This document shows positions 9,955 to 18,800 of a stretch of 64,000 nt of DNA, piece by piece. The position numbers and the translations under genes are program-made. Position 1 is the first letter of the stretch, and the number at the start of each line of letters is the position of its first letter. The notes under the pieces are model-generated. The model searched no databases. It had not been told where the DNA came from and was given only the letters and a program-made list of their open reading frames with translations. Origin of the DNA: Bacteroidales bacterium UBA5072 (GTDB lineage: Bacteria; Bacteroidota; Bacteroidia; Bacteroidales; UBA10428); contig DIAS01000056.1 of assembly GCA_002415855.1 (NCBI GenBank), positions 2,274 to 66,273 on the forward strand, given 5' to 3'.

Positions 9955-10401
9955 ATGAAAGAAACACATAACCGTCGTGTATTCCTGCAAATTGTGACAA
10001 AAGGTATCCTTTTAGGAACAATATCTTTTGGCTATTTTAAATTAGGAAAATCGTTTGAATTATCCCCCCCGGGTGATCGGATGAAGGCTCAGATTCCAAA
10101 AATTAATCCGGCCTTCAGGGTGAATGTTTTAAATGACGGTTCGGTCGAATTGTATACGCATAAGCCGGGTGGAGAAAAGGTTATTTATACGTTTGAAGGA
10201 TTTGAGGCAGAAACCCTCTTAACCATTCTTAAGCATGGAGATCCCAGTTTGTACTCACAGGAATTGGGCCTTAAATTTAATATCAGGGAAAATGATTTCA
10301 TTTCTATGGCTGAATCAACATTACGATCAATGGAGAACAAAGGATTTATCTATTATGGTGAAACAATGCTCGTAGAAATAAAGGAAGCAAGAAATGAGTA
10401 A
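9955..10401 (+). CDS. PqqD-like (RRE-like) protein with an N-terminal twin-arginine-like / TM segment
   Basis: Residues ~48-135 (PKINPAFRVNVLNDGSVELY...FEGFEAETLLTILKHGD...LRSMENKGFIY) follow the PqqD beta-strand plus winged-helix pattern. The N-terminus HNRRVFLQIVTKGILLGTISFGYF resembles a Tat signal or membrane anchor. 8-nt overlap with the downstream rSAM gene. Confidence 0.5.
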   Translation: MKETHNRRVFLQIVTKGILLGTISFGYFKLGKSFELSPPGDRMKAQIPKINPAFRVNVLNDGSVELYTHKPGGEKVIYTFEGFEAETLLTILKHGDPSLYSQELGLKFNIRENDFISMAESTLRSMENKGFIYYGETMLVEIKEARNE

Positions 10402-11722
10402 ATCATTCAGGATCTCTAGTGATCTTTTTACAATCCCTCATGAGGGTGATATTTCCATACTCTATGCCCCTAAGTTAGGCTATCTCATCAGAGCGAACAA
10501 GGATGTGATCAATCTGCTGGCTGACTTACCCAAGATCGACAGTGATCTCCTGAATGAAAAACAACGCAAGGTCCTTCAGCACCTGGAAGAACACGGTATA
10601 TTAAACGGTCCCTCCGAACCTGAAACAGGGAAAAACGGACAGGATGCATTTGCTCCTACCAGGGTCACCTTATTTCCCACCAACCAATGCAACCTGAGAT
10701 GCATTTATTGTTATGCTTCGGCAGGTGAACATCCTCCTGTGACAATGAATTGGATCTACGCCGTTTCAGCCATTGAAACGGTTATCAAAAATGCTTTAAA
10801 TACCGGTGATAAAAACATCAGTGTCGGTTTCCACGGGGGCGGCGAACCTTTGCTCCCCTGGAATTTTATAAAAAAGGTCACTGGCTATGTCCAGGAAGAA
10901 TGCAGAAAGAATAATCTGAATGTAAGCATTTATTCGGCTACCAACGGATTGCTGAGTGAGAAACAGCTTGAATGGATCACCGGGCATTTTTCTGATCTCA
11001 ACATCTCCTTTGACGGACTGCCGCATGTTCAGGACTATCACAGGCCACTGCCCAATGGCCGGGGTTCATTTAAATATGTTGACAGGACATTCAGATTTCT
11101 GGACAACAAAGGCTTTAACTATGGGATAAGAAGCACGTTCAGCGATTATAACATCGACCTGATGGAAGAGAGTTACGATTTCATTGTAGCGCATTACCAT
11201 CCAAGAACAATACATTTTGAACCTGTATTTCAATGCGGAAGATGCAAGACCAGCGGGCAATTCGATACAAACCTCGAAAAATTCGCCCGTTATTTCAAAA
11301 AAATAGATGATAAGCATGGGGACAAAAAGGTAAGATTTACCTATTCCGGATGCAGGGTTGAGACCCTGGCCGATTCCTTCTGCGGAGTTGCACGTGATGG
11401 TTTCTCTATCACCCCCGATGGTCATATAACAGCATGTTTCGAAACCACATCCCTGGAAGATCCAAAATCAAGGTATTTCTTTTATGGAAAAATTGATGAA
11501 AACAGGAACATCAACATCGATGAGGAAAAAAGGAATTACCTGCATCATTTAACGGTTGATAACATAAGGTACTGCAAGGATTGTTTTGCAAAATGGCATT
11601 GCGCAGGGGATTGTGCTGCCAAGCTCGGCCACGATGACCTTCATGGTGACCGGGGACATGACCGCTGCCTGCTCAACCGGCGAATGGTTAAGGATAAACT
11701 GGTCAGCATGCTCAGCATATAG
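10394..11722 (+). CDS. radical SAM/SPASM peptide-maturase-like enzyme
   Basis: FPTNQCNLRCIYCYASAG, GFHGGGEPLL, and a SPASM-like tail CGVARDGFSITPDGHITACF ... CKDCFAKWHCAGDCAAK. The N-terminal ~90 aa look RRE-like. Confidence 0.85.
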   Translation: MSKSFRISSDLFTIPHEGDISILYAPKLGYLIRANKDVINLLADLPKIDSDLLNEKQRKVLQHLEEHGILNGPSEPETGKNGQDAFAPTRVTLFPTNQCNLRCIYCYASAGEHPPVTMNWIYAVSAIETVIKNALNTGDKNISVGFHGGGEPLLPWNFIKKVTGYVQEECRKNNLNVSIYSATNGLLSEKQLEWITGHFSDLNISFDGLPHVQDYHRPLPNGRGSFKYVDRTFRFLDNKGFNYGIRSTFSDYNIDLMEESYDFIVAHYHPRTIHFEPVFQCGRCKTSGQFDTNLEKFARYFKKIDDKHGDKKVRFTYSGCRVETLADSFCGVARDGFSITPDGHITACFETTSLEDPKSRYFFYGKIDENRNINIDEEKRNYLHHLTVDNIRYCKDCFAKWHCAGDCAAKLGHDDLHGDRGHDRCLLNRRMVKDKLVSMLSI

Positions 11723-11754
11723 TGCATAGAATTGCTTAATATAACTACTTACTT

Positions 11755-12165
11755 ATGGCCCGGACCAAACCCCCAAACGACAGGTTAAAAGTAACCGACG
11801 GATTGCAAAATGATAATCCGGAGATAAGGGATACCATTAAGCTCAAAGTCCCCGATAAAGAGGTGCACATCATGCAGCCCGAGGAACAGCCTCCTGCAGG
11901 GGGTGGGGGCAGCAGCGGCGGGACCTGCTCCTGCCATTCGGTATGTACCTGTGTGCCGGTAAGCTCGTGTGCCTGTAACATGGTATGCACCTGCGATACC
12001 GTATGCAGCACGGATCTTTGTTCCTGTCATCCCTATTCAGGCTGCACACCGCACACCTGCACGTGTGTCCCGGTATGTTCGTGTGACTCCTATTGCACTA
12101 CTTGCTCCACCTGCTCTACCTGCTCTACCTGTACAACAGGTGGAAGTTACTGGTATCCCTGTTGA
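11755..12165 (+). CDS. Cys-rich putative precursor peptide (56-aa Cys-free leader plus 80-aa core with 22 Cys)
   Basis: Leader ...QPEEQPPAGGGGSSGG is followed by TCSCHSVCTCVPVSSCACNMVCTCDTVCSTDLCSCHPYSGCTPHTCTCVPVCSCDSYCTTCSTCSTCSTCTTGGSYWYPC. It lies 32 nt after an rSAM/SPASM gene. No signal peptide. Confidence 0.65.
   Translation: MARTKPPNDRLKVTDGLQNDNPEIRDTIKLKVPDKEVHIMQPEEQPPAGGGGSSGGTCSCHSVCTCVPVSSCACNMVCTCDTVCSTDLCSCHPYSGCTPHTCTCVPVCSCDSYCTTCSTCSTCSTCTTGGSYWYPC
12094..12132. repeat. 9-nt tandem repeat (tgcWCYacY) encoding C-T-T / C-S-T x3 / C
   Basis: Direct read: tgcactact tgctccacc tgctctacc tgctctacc tgt. Confidence 0.8.
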
Positions 12166-12204
12166 TTCTTGCTTTGATCCTTCAGTTGTAAAATCCAGAA
12201 AACC

Positions 12205-14739
12205 ATGATAACCAAAAGAATCCTGTTGCTTTCGGTGTTTATTTGCTTCCATTGGTGTCTGTTTGCGCAAACACCGGGAACTATGAAATGGGTGTTCACA
12301 ACCGGTAATGATGTTTCATCCTCCCCTGCTATTGGAAGTGATGGGACGATTTATGTAGGTTCAGAGGATAGCAAGTTGTATGCGATAAATCCGAATGGGA
12401 CAAAAAAATGGGAGTTTTTAACCGGGGGGAGTATATATATTTCTTCCCCTTCTGTTGGGATTGACGGAACAATCTATGTTGGTTCCTCTGACAATAAAGT
12501 TTATGCGATAAATCCTGATGGTACAAAAAAATGGGAGTTTACAACCGGGGGAATAATTTATTCTTCACCTGCCGTAGGATTCAATGGAACTGTATATATC
12601 GGTTCCAGTGATTTTAAACTGTATGCTATTAATCCCGATGGAACGGAAAAATGGGAGTTTTCTACAGGAAGTTGGGTGGATTCCTCCCCGGCAATTGGCA
12701 TTGACGGAACAGTTTATATAGGTTCCTGGGATAATACATTGTATGCTGTGAATCCTGATGGTACCAAGAAATGGGAATTCTCTGCCGATAATTGGATTGA
12801 TTCCTCCCCGGCAATAGGGAGTGACGGAACGATCTATGTCGGATCATTTGATAATAAAATATATGCAATAAATCCTGGCGGTACGAAAAAATGGGAGTTC
12901 TCAACTGCCGGAGCTAATAGTTCTTCACCGGCTGTTGGGATTGAAGGTACAATCTATGTTGGTTCCGGGGACGGCAAAATATATGCCATTAACCCTGACG
13001 GCACTAAAAAATGGGAGTTTCTAACCACCGGAGTTGTTAGCTCTTCGCCAGCAATAGGGAAAGACGGTACAATTTTCATTGGCTCATCACTTAATAGAAT
13101 GTACGCACTTAATCCTGATGGCACCAAAAAATGGGAGTTTTCAACCGGATTGGGTTCTTACTCCTCCCCTGCCATTGGAAGTGATGGCACAGTTTACATA
13201 GGTTGTGATGCCAGTTATCTTTATGCCGTTCGCTCGGATTGCGGAGGCCTGGCCGAAAGCTGCTGGCCTAAATTCAGAAAAAACATTGTGAACAATGGCA
13301 GTGCAGCCGCTGCTATTTATGCTGATACCAGGTTTTATGCAAAATTTACAAATGCTGCATCTCTTTCATTTGAAACCGATTTTTATAAAATACCGGGCAA
13401 ACCTGTTATCATTACCGGGATAAAATTGAGTAACAGCAATCTGTCAGCTGGATTATCGTTACCATATACACTCAATGCGGATAATACCGAATTCTTCATA
13501 CCACTCAACATGTCCAATCCACATACCGGCCTATGTGCGACGGCTATTGAACTTCAGTACCTTTATGACGGTGTTGCAATGACCAGTACGGACTACCTGG
13601 ATCTGGCCGTAATTGTTGATGACCACACGGAATTAAGCGTGGTCGGTAAAAGTGCCGTTGAGGCTTACCAGGCTTCCCTGGATGTTAATCCGATTGCAGT
13701 TGTGAATAACAAAGGCGTGATCTACAGGTTGCTGGATGAACCTGAAAAAGCCAAACCGCTCTTTAATACTGCCGTTAGTCTTGCCCTTGGGGAGTTTTAC
13801 GGATTTACCGGCATCAAAATGAATCAGGGGGTGGTCATGTCTGATCTTGGTTATAATGCGGACGCTGTGGGTTATTATGCCAACACCCTGGCGGATCTGA
13901 CAGGAGTGGAATCATCATCGGTTTTAGCGCCCCAGGTGTATTACAACCAGGCCTGGGAATATTATAATTCTGAAAGTTTTAATGACACAAAGACCAAAGC
14001 CCTCCAGACCATCAATCACCCGAAAGCAAACAACTTTCTCAAAGCGAAAGCCTATGTTTTATTAGGTTTATGCGATGCAGCCCTGGAAGATACCGCAACA
14101 GCCATTGATCACCTGCAGGATGCCGTTGATCTTGATCCTGCTTCCTGTATCGCAGAAATCGCAAAGGAGGACATTTGCATCCTGAGCACTGACCAGTATG
14201 AAAGAATATCCATTTGTGAAGGTGAAAGTTATGCGGGACTTACCGAATCCGGACAATACCTGCGCAAACTGGGATCAGGGACCGGCAGCACCAGTTATGT
14301 AATTACCATCCTGACGGTAAATCCGAAATATGACATTGCTATTGACACCACGATCTGTGAAGGGCAGAGCTATAACGGGTGGACCACAACCGGTGAGTAT
14401 GTGCAGAACCTGACTTCATCATGTGGTTGTGATAGCACAGTCACAACGTTGCTCACAGTGAAGGATTGTTCTTCTGGTATTGAACAAATGCAAAACATTA
14501 CATTTATCATTTATCCGAACCCAAGCAACGGTGATATTACAATAATGATCCCGGATAAATCTGCCGGTTCGCTTTTCATTGAGATCCAGGATATGACAGG
14601 TAACATTGTATTCAGCAACATGTTGCATTGTACAGAAAGCACTTGCAGGATTCATCTTGATCATATGCCGGCCGGAGTGTACTTTATTTCTGTTGAAAGC
14701 AGGGGAAAGAGGACTACCAAGAAAGTGATGATCTATTGA
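12205..14739 (+). CDS. secreted 8-bladed PQQ-like beta-propeller protein with TPR-like middle region and T9SS C-terminal sorting domain
   Basis: Signal peptide, then eight ~40-aa repeats (GTKKWEF.T.G.I.SSPAIG.DGTIYVGS.D.KLYAINPD). Two CEG.SY.G...G.Y...L....GCDS repeats follow. C-terminal IYPNPSNGDITI...GVYFISVES...KKVMIY is a Por/T9SS CTD. Confidence 0.8.
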   Translation: MITKRILLLSVFICFHWCLFAQTPGTMKWVFTTGNDVSSSPAIGSDGTIYVGSEDSKLYAINPNGTKKWEFLTGGSIYISSPSVGIDGTIYVGSSDNKVYAINPDGTKKWEFTTGGIIYSSPAVGFNGTVYIGSSDFKLYAINPDGTEKWEFSTGSWVDSSPAIGIDGTVYIGSWDNTLYAVNPDGTKKWEFSADNWIDSSPAIGSDGTIYVGSFDNKIYAINPGGTKKWEFSTAGANSSSPAVGIEGTIYVGSGDGKIYAINPDGTKKWEFLTTGVVSSSPAIGKDGTIFIGSSLNRMYALNPDGTKKWEFSTGLGSYSSPAIGSDGTVYIGCDASYLYAVRSDCGGLAESCWPKFRKNIVNNGSAAAAIYADTRFYAKFTNAASLSFETDFYKIPGKPVIITGIKLSNSNLSAGLSLPYTLNADNTEFFIPLNMSNPHTGLCATAIELQYLYDGVAMTSTDYLDLAVIVDDHTELSVVGKSAVEAYQASLDVNPIAVVNNKGVIYRLLDEPEKAKPLFNTAVSLALGEFYGFTGIKMNQGVVMSDLGYNADAVGYYANTLADLTGVESSSVLAPQVYYNQAWEYYNSESFNDTKTKALQTINHPKANNFLKAKAYVLLGLCDAALEDTATAIDHLQDAVDLDPASCIAEIAKEDICILSTDQYERISICEGESYAGLTESGQYLRKLGSGTGSTSYVITILTVNPKYDIAIDTTICEGQSYNGWTTTGEYVQNLTSSCGCDSTVTTLLTVKDCSSGIEQMQNITFIIYPNPSNGDITIMIPDKSAGSLFIEIQDMTGNIVFSNMLHCTESTCRIHLDHMPAGVYFISVESRGKRTTKKVMIY
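12283..13230. repeat. eight tandem ~120-nt coding repeats (propeller blades)
   Basis: The atgggagtt(t/c) (KWEF) landmark recurs at 12408, 12531, 12651, 12771, 12891, 13011 and 13131. Confidence 0.85.
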
Positions 14740-14776
14740 ACATCGCCCTGCAAGGATATATTTATTTTTCATTGGC

Positions 14777-15862
14777 TCAGGCAAATAAAATCCCTGCCTT
14801 ATGCATAATCACTGAAATATTGATATGATTCGGGCATCTTTCTTCGCAACTTTCACAGGCAATGCAGCAATCAGCCGTTACATCAAGCATGTGGTAATCC
14901 CGCTGAAAGAAGTTTTTCCCCTTGACCATATTGAATTGATTCCATAGGCCGATTACTTTTGGAATATCAATACCCTGCGGACAGGGTAAACAATAATTGC
15001 AGCCTGTACAAAGAACAAGCCTTTCATCTCTTTCCTGCGCGACCATTTCATTAATGAACGCAGTATCAATAGGGGAAAATCTCTCCCCTCCTTCGATTTG
15101 GATGTTGCTGTCAATTTCTGATTTTGTCTGCATTCCCGAAAGGACACAATGAACATGTGGATTGGAATACGCAAATTTTAAAGCAATTGCCGGGATGGTT
15201 GCATGGAAATATTCTCTAAGCCTGGGAAAATCCACAAACGAATCTGTAAGTACTCCCCCGGCCAGCGGATTCATAACGATCACTCCCAATCCTCTGTTGT
15301 ATGCATATTGAATGGCATCTTCATAGGTACGATTGAGCATATTGTATGAAAGTATAACTGCATCAAAAGGTCCCGCATCAATAAGCTTTATAATGTTTCC
15401 GGGAGTGTCATGACTGCTGAATCCCAGGTACCTGATCAGACCATCTCTTCTGGCCCGGTGAACCTGTTCGATGATCCCTTCTGCCAGAAAATGCTTCTCC
15501 CATGACTTGTATTCCAAATAATGGATGAAATAAAAATCCAGTGCTTCCCTATTATAAAGATGCAGTGTATTTTTCAGTTGCGCTGTCCAGTTTCCAGGAT
15601 CAGACAGATGGGTCGTGTTTTTGCCGCTTAAAATGACTGCTGGTTTCTGGTCATTTATTGCCAGACCAAAGACTTTTTCACATTGAAAATGACAATAGAA
15701 GGTCCCGATATCGAAAAAGTTGATTCCAGTCTTTAAGGCATAATGCATTAAAGATATGGCTTCTGTAAAATCAATTGATTGCGGTGCAATGGGCAGCCTC
15801 ATCGCCCCAAACCCAAGTGCAGAAATATAAAAGTCAGTATTTCCAAATTTTTTATAATCCAT
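14777..15862 (-). CDS. aldo/keto reductase with C-terminal 4Fe-4S ferredoxin-type domain
   Basis: AKR N-terminus (ISALGFGAMRLP). C-terminal CTGCNYCLPCPQGIDIP ... CIACESCEERCP. The start overlaps the stop of the 1121-aa gene by 11 nt. Confidence 0.8.
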   Translation of the reverse strand: MDYKKFGNTDFYISALGFGAMRLPIAPQSIDFTEAISLMHYALKTGINFFDIGTFYCHFQCEKVFGLAINDQKPAVILSGKNTTHLSDPGNWTAQLKNTLHLYNREALDFYFIHYLEYKSWEKHFLAEGIIEQVHRARRDGLIRYLGFSSHDTPGNIIKLIDAGPFDAVILSYNMLNRTYEDAIQYAYNRGLGVIVMNPLAGGVLTDSFVDFPRLREYFHATIPAIALKFAYSNPHVHCVLSGMQTKSEIDSNIQIEGGERFSPIDTAFINEMVAQERDERLVLCTGCNYCLPCPQGIDIPKVIGLWNQFNMVKGKNFFQRDYHMLDVTADCCIACESCEERCPNHINISVIMHKAGILFA

Positions 15863-18800
15863 ACTGCATCAATTCTTCCACCATTTTTGAAATATGCCAT
15901 GATCCGGAACCGGTAAGCCGGAATTCACTATCCGATTTCTCAATAAGGTCATAACTCAACCACTTTTCAAAGAGTGTCTCCATTTTAAAGTAGGTGACAT
16001 CACTCTCCGGAACGATACCACCGATCAGTCGTGCTTTAATCAAACGTCGTTCCAGTTCCCTGGGCTTAAGATATCCACCACCCTGCAGTGGAGGAGAAAT
16101 CATTTGTTTATGAGACAGATACTCTTCAATCCACTGATGTACATAGTAGTAGTCATCAAAAATACCATCTGCCGTCGGACCCAGGGCCAGCAAATCTTCA
16201 TTCCGGCATACATGATTGTAATACAGGTTTCTATCCTCTTTCTTGGCATAATGTACAAAATGATTCTTCTTATACCCCGATCGGATGAGATATTGGTCTG
16301 CCAGTTGAAAAAGAAAATAATCATAAACCGGTGATCTTTTAAAACCTCCAATATTAGCAAAGAAAGCCTTGTTCTTATCGGTGATGTTCAATTGATACAG
16401 GGAGAAACCGTGTATTCCGGATTTGCATAACTCAGCCAACGTATGTAACAATGATCCCGCATGCTGAAAAGGAAGGCCGTAGAGTACATCAACGGAAACT
16501 ACAAAACCCATTTTCATGGCGTCCTCAAGTTTTAATAATACCTCCCGGGCCGTTTCTTTTCGGCCCAAAATCTTCCTGATTGGATCATCCAGGGTTTGAA
16601 CCCCAACCAGTAACCTGCGAAATCCTGCTTCAGACAATATCCTAAGCTGTTCCCCGGAAAGCAAGCTGGTTGTGGACTCCAGCGCTATTTCAGTGGTGTC
16701 GGTGATTTTCAATCCCTTTCTCAAACGATCGGTTAAAGCATGGAGTTTTTCCGGCGGCAAATAGCCAGGAGTCCCTCCGCCAAAATGAATGCTTGTTACC
16801 GGCCTTTCGGTGATATTGGAATTTTGCGTCCACAATGCTATCTCTGAAAGCAGAAGCCTCGTAAATTCGGATATTTTTTCAGCGTTTCTTTCAGGAACGG
16901 CCATGGAATAACAATCACAAAAGTTACACTTCCTGTCGCAAAAAGGAACATGCACATATAACGAATAAGGACTGGAAACTGGTTTTGAGATCTTCTCCTG
17001 AAGGACCTTCCAGCACTTATCCGGGCCATGGAGTAATCCGTTTTCCAGCCATTCAGGTGAAGGCATGGTTTTCAATCTGTTGTGGTAATCTCCGGGGACC
17101 TTTTCCCATTGCTGCTGTATCCTGTCAAAATCCGTTTCAGGCGGGATCTGATGTTCAATCCGTTGAATAACCCTTTCGAACTTATCCGTATTCTTCTTCT
17201 TTTTTCTCAGAATCTGCTGACTTTTCTTGCCGGAAGCTGCTGTCATTTTTTTCTCCCAATAGACCCGGCAATAATTACAGGAAAAGCAATTATGATCACA
17301 ATACAAAGTGTGCTTAAAGAACGCCTGGTCAATATCAATAGACTCGTTTACGGAAGCAGGTCCTCCGCCGATCTCATTTGGGCTCAGGTCTTTTCCCTTA
17401 AAGTAATGCGTAAGGACTTTCAGGTAATTATCCGGGTTTCTCAGTGTACTCCTGCCTGCGAGCTTCAGGTCATCATATAATCCATCATACAGGTCAAGGA
17501 ATTGTGGCAATATCCATGCACCGGTCAGACGAAGCCAGGGATGCCGGAAAAGCAGCTCCCGGCAAAGTGACTCAGGATGTCTAATACCTGGTGATCCCAT
17601 TTCATAAAAATGCTGTATCCGGTGAACGCAACCAGGTAGACAGGCCTCATTAACGAGCAGACGAATTTCACCCTGGAAGCATTTTCTGATTTGGTTCAAT
17701 ACTGCTATATTTCTCAGGATCTTTCCGGAAGGAACGACAGTGTCAAACAATCCTTCCAGCATGATTAACTGGGAAGATGATGCAATATCCATCAAGGTGG
17801 AAGCCGTAAGGGATATTTCAGGAAATTCCTTTCTGATCAATCGTGCCAGATCAACATTTGACAAGGTAATTTCCCGGATTTCAGTTTTTTTGATGATCTT
17901 TTCAATTTGCTGAATAATTGAAGGTCCGATTTTTTCAACCTTATCAGGTAAAACGATAGGATTGATGATCAGGTTCTTTTTGCACTTTGTTTCTTCCAGG
18001 AAAGATGCCAGATGTATCATCGGTTGAACCGGACGTCCTGAAGGTATTGTAGTGTCTGGCAAAGGAAAATAAATACCACGAATGCTTTCCCCATGAACGG
18101 AATTGAGTTTTTCCCAGAATTCTGGCGGTTGGTCAATATAGGGAATGGTGTATTTTGAGGCGACTGCATTTTTCTTGCTGCTGTCATTGACCGTCCCTCC
18201 CCCTGCTTGAATAATTTCCAAGCCTGATTTGAGATATGCCGTTGACGGAACCGGCTGCCCGTTCTCTATTCTCTTAAACCGGTTCAAAACCTGTGCCCTG
18301 CACCCTCCATAACATTCACCCTTGAGGAAGAGATCACATTTCGTGCAGTGGGGGAAAATCCCGGTCGACCTGAAAGGTTCCATTTTTTTAAGAAATACCT
18401 TTCCTATCTCGCCGGTATCCTGATAATCACTCAGCTTTAACTTTTCAGTGGCATGAAAAAGGGGAAAACACGAAACAACATTTCCATCCGGCAGTATATC
18501 AGGGAGAGGATTACACCTTTTTCCAATGTCTTTATAATGTTCTTCAATCATTTCTTTAAGTTCCTCAGGGAACATACATGGGACAAAACCACAATCGAAA
18601 CTTATCCGAACGTTCTTGCCGGACGCATCCTGAAGAAACCGAGCCAGATGGTTACCTGTAGCCTGATAGAATTTAGGATGAAGATATTGATTGGCAGGTG
18701 GTACAACAGGATGCGCAAGCCCTAGCCTGATATCAGGAGCAAGGTTGTACCTTTCGATCATTGGCAAAACATAGTCCAGATCCTGCCCGGGACGATAGAT

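Noticed and set aside
12163-12207. The Cys-rich ORF and the next gene are in the same frame, separated only by two TGA codons. This raised the possibility of selenocysteine or read-through fusion.
   Set aside because: Same-frame placement has a 1-in-3 chance by itself. A fusion would bury the signal peptide of the propeller protein. I saw no SECIS-like hairpin. The related WD40 tail also terminates right after YWYP (with TAA).
11745-12270. Four additional ORFs (77-88 aa) overlapping or antisense to the Cys-rich gene
   Set aside because: They arise because the TGC/ACC/TCC-rich repeat composition is poor in stop codons in several frames. They have no motifs of their own. The frame giving the CxC array also gives the sensible leader/core layout next to the maturase gene.
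12283-13230. Regular ~120-nt periodicity, and a similar ~126-nt periodicity at 47020-47915, that could be mistaken for a CRISPR array or satellite
   Set aside because: The repeats are in-frame and diverged mainly at the protein-neutral level. They encode beta-propeller blades (KKWEF...SSPA.G.DG; LASGS..D.TIKLWS). There is no repeat/spacer structure.
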